IMG/VR virus record: IMGVR_UViG_3300030390_001258
Strand: one strand, 5' to 3'
DNA from: an uncultured virus (IMG/VR IMGVR_UViG_3300030390_001258)
Taxonomy: Duplodnaviria; Heunggongvirae; Uroviricota; Caudoviricetes
Length of the DNA: 28,405 bases
In this document: piece after piece, positions 9,762 to 16,039 of the stretch
How positions within the stretch are numbered: the stretch's first letter is position 1
Layout: every line of letters begins with the position of its first letter
The notes under the pieces: generated by a model
Seen by the model: the letters and a program-made list of their open reading frames with translations, nothing else
The model's database searches: none
Told to the model about the DNA's origin: nothing
Program-made: the position numbers and the translations under genes

Positions 9762-9941
9762 TTATTTTATATCATCTAAATTAATAACACGAGGAGGCTC
9801 AAGAAATCCCCCCATTTCGTGCTTTGTTATTTCAACACACTTATCTTTACCATTTTTAGTTCCAGCATATCTATAACCTTTCCAGCATCCTTTTCCGTCA
9901 GACCCTTTTATTTTACCGCTATCGTTTTTTGCTTTGCTCAC
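9762..9941 (-). CDS. Small 59-aa CWKGY-motif protein
   Basis: Below the apparent size cutoff of the ORF track. GTG at 9939-9941 overlaps the upstream TGA (GTGA); TAA at 9762-9764. Translation: MSKAKNDSGKIKGSDGKGCWKGYRYAGTKNGKDKCVEITKHEMGGFLEPPRVINLDDIK. It fills the gap between two genes exactly. Confidence 0.8.
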   Translation of the reverse strand: MSKAKNDSGKIKGSDGKGCWKGYRYAGTKNGKDKCVEITKHEMGGFLEPPRVINLDDIK

Positions 9942-10414
9942 TTCTTTTTAAATTTTAAATATGCAAGCTCATCGGTTTTTAAAAGATTAATAAGTTTATC
10001 TTTATTTCCTTTAACTCCCCGTGTAGCATCAAACCTGTAAACAGATTTGTTTTTAATTTTGCATTTACCTTTATTCCAATAGAACTTACAATAAAAAGAA
10101 TCTGTATGATAAATAAACCATTGTTCTCCTTTGCCTGTATCAGGATTAAATATTTCTTTTCCTTCGTCTAAAAGTTCTTTTCTATATTTATTGCTTTCAC
10201 CCCAGTCTATTCTTGGATTTCGTGGATCTCTATCGTGCCTAGTGATAGATATAGTTGAAAGATTAAATCCCATATTAAATAGGTTACCATCCAAAATATA
10301 GTCCATAATTTCAATATTAAAATCTGAACATATATCTCGAAATGTTAAACTATCTACAGGATTTTTACATGTTTTTGTATAGTCCTTATATATATCCCTT
10401 AGAGTGTAAGACAT
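9938..10414 (-). CDS. crAss-like IHF/HU-related conserved protein (158 aa)
   Basis: YTLRDIYK.Y; F.DI..DFN..I...IL.G..F.M...L..ISI; IDW.ES.K; FYWNK..C...NKSVYRF...R. This pattern and the position just upstream of the tail tubular gene match the conserved crAss IHF-like gene. Confidence 0.7.
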   Translation of the reverse strand: MSYTLRDIYKDYTKTCKNPVDSLTFRDICSDFNIEIMDYILDGNLFNMGFNLSTISITRHDRDPRNPRIDWGESNKYRKELLDEGKEIFNPDTGKGEQWFIYHTDSFYCKFYWNKGKCKIKNKSVYRFDATRGVKGNKDKLINLLKTDELAYLKFKKK

Positions 10415-10417
10415 TGA

Positions 10418-11089
10418 CTAGCTTTTAGAACCAAATCCCATAGGGAACTGTTTAGTCACTTCTTTCTTAGTTACTTTACCTCTTTTAGCATCTAAAGCTA
10501 ATTTTGGGTCTTTCTTCTTCACTTTAGGTTTAGCGTTAGCTTTAGCTGCATCCTTCTTTTTGTTGTAAGATTTAGCTGCTGACTCAAAGTCTTTGTAAGT
10601 TTTGTACTTGCTCTTTACGTTGCCCTTATTATCTCTCCACGCACCTTCGTATGTAACTCCAGTACCTCTTTTAGTTTTAGTTTTACCTGGGGCATTAGTA
10701 GCTCCTTGAGGTGCTTCTTGCGCTTTAGTAGTAGGAGTTTGTTTAAGTTTAGGCTTATCAGCAGGTTTATTAGCAGGTTTATTAGCAGGCTTATTAGCAA
10801 CTTTAACTGCCTTCTTTTGATCTTTAGAAAGTTCCGAAGTATCTTTAATTGCTTTAGTTAAAGGTCCTTTTTCAATTTTTTTACTTGCTTTCTTTCCCAT
10901 ACGTTTTGTTTGTCGTGCAGAAATTCTATCAGCTTTTTTAAGATTACCTTTTGCTACGTTTCTTTTGATACGTCTGTCTGCGCGAGTTCCACCATTTTTA
11001 TACAGTTGACGTTCTGCGTCTTGGTGTAATGAATCTAGATCGTCGTGAGAAGGATCTAGTAAAAAATCGTCAAAGTTGTTGTTTTTCAT
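10418..11089 (-). CDS. Lys-rich basic low-complexity protein with an acidic N-terminal leader; possible internal DNA-condensing virion protein (223 aa)
   Basis: About 30 aa acidic leader ending in YKNGG, then a K/A/R-rich body with ANKP repeats. Only TAG-terminated gene in the window. Confidence 0.55.
   Translation of the reverse strand: MKNNNFDDFLLDPSHDDLDSLHQDAERQLYKNGGTRADRRIKRNVAKGNLKKADRISARQTKRMGKKASKKIEKGPLTKAIKDTSELSKDQKKAVKVANKPANKPANKPADKPKLKQTPTTKAQEAPQGATNAPGKTKTKRGTGVTYEGAWRDNKGNVKSKYKTYKDFESAAKSYNKKKDAAKANAKPKVKKKDPKLALDAKRGKVTKKEVTKQFPMGFGSKS
10751..10798. repeat. Four tandem 12-bp repeats (aggYttatYagc) encoding ANKP-ANKP-ANKP-ADKP
   Basis: aggcttatcagc / aggtttattagc / aggtttattagc / aggcttattagc read directly from the sequence. 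Confidence 0.9.
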
Positions 11090-11100
11090 TTTAAAAGTAT

Positions 11101-11847
11101 TTATTGTTCGTTTTGTTGTTGTCTAGGTTGAGCACTTCCCCCTGACTTAGATCTAGGGTCTTGTGATCGATCATTTAAAGTATCAGGAAAAGTTCCAGAC
11201 AACAAAGTTAACTCTCCGCTTGTGATACCTTGATTAATTAAATTTATCATATCTACTGGAATAGGATAAGCATCTTTGGATGCGTCATAACATTCACTGT
11301 AGTACTCTCCTGTTTCAGGATCTTGTTTACTGCATTGAGAATACCTAGAAACTTCTTCAGGATTTTCAAACACTCCTCGAATATTTATTGTATCTAATCC
11401 ATCAGAATTGTAAATATATAAATAATCTCCGATCATATACGCTTTATACTTACCTTTTGTGTATGTGTCATACGCTAAAAATTGTATTGTATTTGAATTA
11501 ATTAAAGGAATAGTCTTTGTTCCGGTAACATCTCCAATATAAGTTAAAGCGCTTTGGAAATTAAAACGTAGTGCTCTAGGTATAGGACTAACAGTTCTTA
11601 GTACATTAGTTCCTACAGGTAAATTACAGCATTTTGATCCATCTACAATTTGTAAATCTACACAACCTAAGTCTTGTTCTATATGATTAGATATATAATT
11701 ATTACGTGCAAAATCTCTACGAATAAACATAGCTCTATAATGCCGGACATTAAATTTAATCTGCTCTAAAGAAATTTCTTCGTCTTGGTTAGATATACCT
11801 CCTCTAATTAAATTTCGTAAATTGTATGCTATCTCATCTAACGTCAT
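11101..11847 (-). CDS. Tail ring protein (second crAss-type ring/adaptor paralog), 248 aa
   Basis: MTLDEIAYNL..L..GG...D..IS..QIKF....YRA.FIR..; Q.L.C..L..VD; YLYIYN...L..INIRGVFENPEEV; YPIP. Matches the ring-protein pattern and synteny. Confidence 0.75.
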   Translation of the reverse strand: MTLDEIAYNLRNLIRGGISNQDEEISLEQIKFNVRHYRAMFIRRDFARNNYISNHIEQDLGCVDLQIVDGSKCCNLPVGTNVLRTVSPIPRALRFNFQSALTYIGDVTGTKTIPLINSNTIQFLAYDTYTKGKYKAYMIGDYLYIYNSDGLDTINIRGVFENPEEVSRYSQCSKQDPETGEYYSECYDASKDAYPIPVDMINLINQGITSGELTLLSGTFPDTLNDRSQDPRSKSGGSAQPRQQQNEQ

Positions 11848-11853
11848 TATTTT

Positions 11854-12243
11854 TTATTTTTTAGAAGATCCCCCAAAGAAAAAGTCAATTATTGTGTTTA
11901 CTTTACTAGACATCGCCCCAAAGACTGTTGAGATAAATCCTATCTCGTAGTCAGAAAGATCTAGTGAGTTAGTTATAAAATATTTAAACATAAAATAAGA
12001 TATAAAGAAATAAGCGCAAGTAAAAATGATAGCTAAAACTTTTTGTATAAAGCTGTCATCAGTGAACATTGTTCTAGCACTTTTTCTATCCTCAACCTCT
12101 AGCTTAAACACTTCCTGTTCATGCTCCTTCCCTAGCTGCTCTAATTTATTTTTAAGAACTAATCGTTCTTCATCTGTAGTAACAACTTCATCTATTATAC
12201 TAGAGGCTTGCCCTACTAAACTTTTAAGTATATTTTTAAACAT
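11854..12243 (-). CDS. Holin (GTA/3TM-holin-like); likely start at ATG 12243 (MFKNILK...)
   Basis: Amphipathic N-terminus, IIDEVVTTDEER, coiled coil with DRKSAR, two TM helices and an FFFGGS tail. Adjacent to the endolysin. The track's start at 12270 overlaps the endolysin more deeply and is less likely. Confidence 0.75.
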   Translation of the reverse strand: MFKNILKSLVGQASSIIDEVVTTDEERLVLKNKLEQLGKEHEQEVFKLEVEDRKSARTMFTDDSFIQKVLAIIFTCAYFFISYFMFKYFITNSLDLSDYEIGFISTVFGAMSSKVNTIIDFFFGGSSKK

Positions 12244-12691
12244 TTGCGTATTTGTATTTAGTATCTCCATCCTTATTTTTGTAGGCTTCGAGTACTTGTT
12301 TTCTATTATCTTTAGCTTTTAAAGATATATGTATCCAAGCAAAGTCAAACTCATTTATCATCTGATCAAAATCTAAGCCTGATTTTAAAATCCAATCATA
12401 TATAACTTTGTTGTTCATCTCCCCCATCTCCCAAAACTGGATGTCCAATGCCTCACCTTTGCAATGCTGTGAAGAAACGCTGCCCCCAATAGCACGATTG
12501 AGTGACGGGTTACGATAACCACTACTGATCCTGATAGGACCAATACTGCTACGAAGAGGCTGTAACAAATCATCAATAAGATGCTGCATATTTTGTAGGT
12601 GTATTTCAGTCGGCTCATTATCTATCCCTAATCTTTTAGCTGTGTTGCTGTGAGTTATCTCAGACAACGCAAAGTTTTTACTTAATTTCAT
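12236..12691 (-). CDS. Endolysin, peptidase M15 family zinc peptidase (151 aa)
   Basis: LSKNF.LSE...S.TA.R.GIDN.P; ISSGYR...LN.AIGG...SQH..GEA.D; W.HIS. The Zn ligands H, D and H are present. Confidence 0.92.
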   Translation of the reverse strand: MKLSKNFALSEITHSNTAKRLGIDNEPTEIHLQNMQHLIDDLLQPLRSSIGPIRISSGYRNPSLNRAIGGSVSSQHCKGEALDIQFWEMGEMNNKVIYDWILKSGLDFDQMINEFDFAWIHISLKAKDNRKQVLEAYKNKDGDTKYKYANV

Positions 12692-13017
12692 TACTCAGTT
12701 TTTGCTTGTTTAATTTCTAAATCTTTAACTACTTTACGTAGATAGTCTACGTCTTTTTGTAGGTAATCTATTTTTAAATCCTGTTTAGCGTCATCAGGTA
12801 AAGCACCCATTTCACCTCTAGGCCACTTAACTCTAAACTCGTGGTTAAGTTCTACGTTGTCTTGCATACGTACAACATCTAATTGTAATTGAGATATTTC
12901 TGCTCTTAATGTAAACCATATACCTGCAAGAGAAATAATACCAGCTACAATACCTATTAGACTTTTTACGTCTAACTGTACTTTAGAGTTTTCGTTTATA
13001 TCAATATTCTCTTCCAT
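12691..13017 (-). CDS. Single-TM membrane protein with C-terminal coiled coil (108 aa); paralog of 13970..14248
   Basis: TM LIGIVAGIISLAGIWFTL followed by heptads. Shares E...VQ...K.L.GI......L.G.WFTL.A.I with the 92-aa protein. Confidence 0.7.
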   Translation of the reverse strand: MEENIDINENSKVQLDVKSLIGIVAGIISLAGIWFTLRAEISQLQLDVVRMQDNVELNHEFRVKWPRGEMGALPDDAKQDLKIDYLQKDVDYLRKVVKDLEIKQAKTE

Positions 13018-13609
13018 TGAAGTATATTTTTTTACGTGTTACACCGTCACTAGCTATGTATATACCTTTAGTTGGCGTTACTACTCTACCTAATATATCG
13101 TAGTATGTAGTAGGCGTAAAAGGTTCAGGATTAAGTTCTACTACAGACAACCCAAACGATTCAAGATTTTGTTCAAAGTATGTAGAGTCTGTACAACCAC
13201 AGTCGTGTACTACAACACTAGCTGAAGGATATGTATAAATTAAAGTAAGAGCACTATCTAAATCAGGGTAATCTATTATGTGCATAACTGCACCACCCCA
13301 AGCATCACCATTAAAGTCGCGCATTAGTACTCTGTATTGTTTAGGTAAATAAACAATTTGGTCTACCGTAGTAGTACCATTAAATATAACTGTATCTAAA
13401 GCACAGTTACCTATAGACCAAAACATACCATCCATCATGTCTGACTCTGTTACTATAATTTTTTTATAGTCGTCAAAGTTTTGAGCTGTAGAACTAAAAG
13501 ATAAAAATATAAAACCTACTATGTACATAGCTACCATAAGAAACCAAAACATTATTAATGCAATGCTTGACTTATGAAATCTTTTTAAATTTAATTTTAA
13601 TTTGTTCAT
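13001..13609 (-). CDS. Secreted protein with signal peptide and T9SS C-terminal-domain-like tail (202 aa)
   Basis: Hydrophobic N-terminus ending SSTA|Q; YRVLMRDFNGDAWGG; GCTDST; C-terminus LSVVEL...YYDILGR.V.PTKGIYI..DG..RKKIY. Confidence 0.65.
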   Translation of the reverse strand: MNKLKLNLKRFHKSSIALIMFWFLMVAMYIVGFIFLSFSSTAQNFDDYKKIIVTESDMMDGMFWSIGNCALDTVIFNGTTTVDQIVYLPKQYRVLMRDFNGDAWGGAVMHIIDYPDLDSALTLIYTYPSASVVVHDCGCTDSTYFEQNLESFGLSVVELNPEPFTPTTYYDILGRVVTPTKGIYIASDGVTRKKIYFNGREY

Positions 13610-13977
13610 TATTGAAATTTGCTTAGAGTTATATTATCAATTGCTTTTTGTACTTTCTTTTTAGTTGCAACAAGTTGCATCATTATGTTAGGATTAAACC
13701 TTTCTTGTTCTACACCGTTGTCAAATATTATAACTGTGGGTATAGCTGTTACTTTATATTCTTTTTGAACATCAGCTCCTTTAACTATACATAGTCTATA
13801 TGACTCGCAATCTTTTAACGAGGGTAAAAAATCAACTTGATTACCTGCGTTCCACTCAGCCCAGAACTCAATTACCACTGTTCCCTTTGCAGTCTTAGAC
13901 TCAAATGAGCTAGAGCTTACAAACTCTTGAGCTGCAATTGTTAAAGGCAGCAAAGATAAAATTAATAATTTATTCAT
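13609..13977 (-). CDS. Exported thioredoxin-fold protein lacking CxxC (122 aa)
   Basis: Signal peptide MNKLLILSLLPLTIAA|Q; VVIEFWAEWN in place of WCxxC; Y.VTAIPTVIIFDNG.E..R is the canonical cis-Pro segment. Confidence 0.85.
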   Translation of the reverse strand: MNKLLILSLLPLTIAAQEFVSSSSFESKTAKGTVVIEFWAEWNAGNQVDFLPSLKDCESYRLCIVKGADVQKEYKVTAIPTVIIFDNGVEQERFNPNIMMQLVATKKKVQKAIDNITLSKFQ

Positions 13978-14248
13978 ATAACTTTTCTTTAATTGCTTTT
14001 AGATCATCTTTAATCTCTTTTACATCCTCCTGTGTAGACATAATAGTTTGACGAATTAACTGATCTTTCATGTCAAACTCCATACGAGTTATCTCTGGAT
14101 CTAATGGTTCAGGCAATAACTTAGCCTCTGCTATATCTGCTTGCAGTGTAAACCACATTCCAACTAGTGTTGCTATTAAAAAACCAATACCTCCTAAAGT
14201 TTTTAAACTAATCTGTACTGCTGTATCTTCACTAAGTTCTTTTGCCAT
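13970..14248 (-). CDS. Single-TM membrane protein with C-terminal coiled coil (92 aa)
   Basis: TM LGGIGFLIATLVGMWFTL; PEP linker; coiled coil TQEDVKEIKDDLKAIKEKL. Confidence 0.7.
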   Translation of the reverse strand: MAKELSEDTAVQISLKTLGGIGFLIATLVGMWFTLQADIAEAKLLPEPLDPEITRMEFDMKDQLIRQTIMSTQEDVKEIKDDLKAIKEKLYE

Positions 14249-14251
14249 AGC

Positions 14252-15310
14252 TTAAAATATTAAATAATTTATTCCTGTTTTTAATTCGTAAGACGGCATA
14301 CCCCAAAACTTTAAGTGCTTACCTTCAACAAACAAACTAAGATGTCTGTTTAGATTTACACCAAATATTAAACCAGTATCCCACTCTTCTTGTGCACTTC
14401 TTTGATAAGAAAAATTTGTTAAACCTTTATGTAAAGGATATAAAGATCCCCAAGCATGTAGCCAGTAAGTATCTCTATACAAATAGTAATCTAATCCTAG
14501 TACTGCAGATACTTCTTGCTGAAGTCCTATATCTTTTAACACACTTTCATTGTAATTAGTAACTAGCCCTCCAAAATGATACTTGTAAAACTCGTTATCA
14601 CTTGCAGCCAACCATTCTACTTCTCCATTATCTTCATCAAACTGCAACCAAACACCATCGTTAAATCTAAAATAGTTTTGGCTTATAGCAAAATCTTCCC
14701 ACTCCATGTCTACATCCTCTATAGGATTGTAACCATACACAGGATGAGAACGATGGGCTACGCCAAAAGTAAAGTCCAAACCACCAAAACTTTTGCGTAA
14801 CCTAACCTCGCCCAAAGAATACTTTAAATCTATTAATTCATTATTAACATAGTTAGCCTTAGCTGTATACATGTTAGATATGTATCGTACATTATATTCT
14901 TGTTGGGCCAATTCTAATCCATTGTTTCTTACAAAAGAATACTGGAATAAATACTCAAGACCAGGTGCGTTAGATATAGTAGCATAGTCAGTTGCCTGAT
15001 GCTCGTTACCTGTATAAAAGTTGTTTTGTTTAATTTGATAGTCGAATCTTGCTATCTTTCGTATACCTAATGTAAGAATAACGTTAGGTGCGTATTGTGG
15101 AGTAAGCTCTACTAACTCTCCGTCTACAAAGTTAGGTACAAAGTCATAAGGATTGTCAGGCTCTGTACCCTGAACCATAAAACTAGGAGCTCCTATCTGT
15201 GGTGTGTTAGTAGTATAGCTAGCGTAAAATGTAGCAAACCTTAAAAGGTTTAACTGCGCTGTAGCAGTTAACGATGTTAAAGTTAATAGTATGAATAATA
15301 ATTTTTTCAT
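14252..15310 (-). CDS. Predicted outer-membrane beta-barrel protein (352 aa)
   Basis: Signal peptide MKKLLFILLTLTSLTATA|Q. About 12 amphipathic beta-strands by eye (e.g. LDFTFGVAHR, VSAVLGLDYY, YWLHAWGSLY, GLIFGVNL, LSLFVEG). C-terminal beta-signal-like YELKTGINYLIF ending in Phe. Confidence 0.75.
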   Translation of the reverse strand: MKKLLFILLTLTSLTATAQLNLLRFATFYASYTTNTPQIGAPSFMVQGTEPDNPYDFVPNFVDGELVELTPQYAPNVILTLGIRKIARFDYQIKQNNFYTGNEHQATDYATISNAPGLEYLFQYSFVRNNGLELAQQEYNVRYISNMYTAKANYVNNELIDLKYSLGEVRLRKSFGGLDFTFGVAHRSHPVYGYNPIEDVDMEWEDFAISQNYFRFNDGVWLQFDEDNGEVEWLAASDNEFYKYHFGGLVTNYNESVLKDIGLQQEVSAVLGLDYYLYRDTYWLHAWGSLYPLHKGLTNFSYQRSAQEEWDTGLIFGVNLNRHLSLFVEGKHLKFWGMPSYELKTGINYLIF

Positions 15311-16039
15311 TTATGCTAAAGTTAAAACTACTGAAGTTACTCTATTTGAAGTGCTTCCTAAGTTTATCATTATTACTAATTGTTCTGCTATAGCGCAAGT
15401 CCAAGGTGTTATATTATTTGGGCGGTTATTATCTCCATTCCCTAAAGAAGTAGCGTTACCTCCAGCTAATCTATAAGCTGTTATACTTCCTCTAGTAGTA
15501 CTAGTAGATGTTACATGCACTGCATCAACTCTACGTCCTGAAAGCCCAGCCCAAGTAACAAACATTCTTCCAGAATTAGTAGTACTAGTAACCCCTGCAG
15601 GGCTAAATGCTACAGGAACATTGTCACCATTAATCGAAGACAAAGGTAAGGATACAAAATCTACTCCTCTATTTGAGTATATACCTGCGTCTACACCTGC
15701 TGCACCTGCGCTACCCGCAGCGCCTGCCGGCCCTCTAGCCCCTGTATTACCATTACTCCCATTGGAACCATTATTACCTGCGGGGCCTTGCGGTCCTGTA
15801 GCTCCAACAACATCATCTACAACATGGCGGCGTATCTCGTCAAACTCTTCTTGCATCTGTTGCATTTGATATAAGATAGGCCCTAAATGTGGATCGTCTA
15901 GCATTACTACATTTCTACCAGAGGCTACATCTTTATCCCACAAATCTTTTAGTTGTGAGATTTTAGCAGCATTAATTGTATCTGCTCTGCCTCCTGTTTT
16001 AGTATATATACCTTGATATTTTTTATTATTTAATGCCAT
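15311..16039 (-). CDS. Collagen-like fibre protein (242 aa)
   Basis: Short coiled coil (YQMQQMQEEFDEIRR), 13 consecutive G-X-Y triplets (GATGPQGPAGNNGSNGSNGNTGARGPAGAAGSAGAAGVD), then a beta-rich C-terminal head. Confidence 0.8.
   Translation of the reverse strand: MALNNKKYQGIYTKTGGRADTINAAKISQLKDLWDKDVASGRNVVMLDDPHLGPILYQMQQMQEEFDEIRRHVVDDVVGATGPQGPAGNNGSNGSNGNTGARGPAGAAGSAGAAGVDAGIYSNRGVDFVSLPLSSINGDNVPVAFSPAGVTSTTNSGRMFVTWAGLSGRRVDAVHVTSTSTTRGSITAYRLAGGNATSLGNGDNNRPNNITPWTCAIAEQLVIMINLGSTSNRVTSVVLTLA

Noticed and set aside
10615..10800. 61-aa LLIN-repeat ORF
   Set aside because: Alternate-frame reading of the 12-bp ANKP repeat.
12415..12618. Hydrophobic 67-aa ORF nested in another frame of the endolysin, a possible overprinted spanin or lysis gene
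   Set aside because: No proper lipobox (LVLSGS lacks the Cys), and hydrophobic alternate frames are common in AT-rich genes. It would need conservation evidence.
13609..13977. Functional thioredoxin (trxA) auxiliary metabolic gene
   Set aside because: It lacks the CxxC active site and has a signal peptide.
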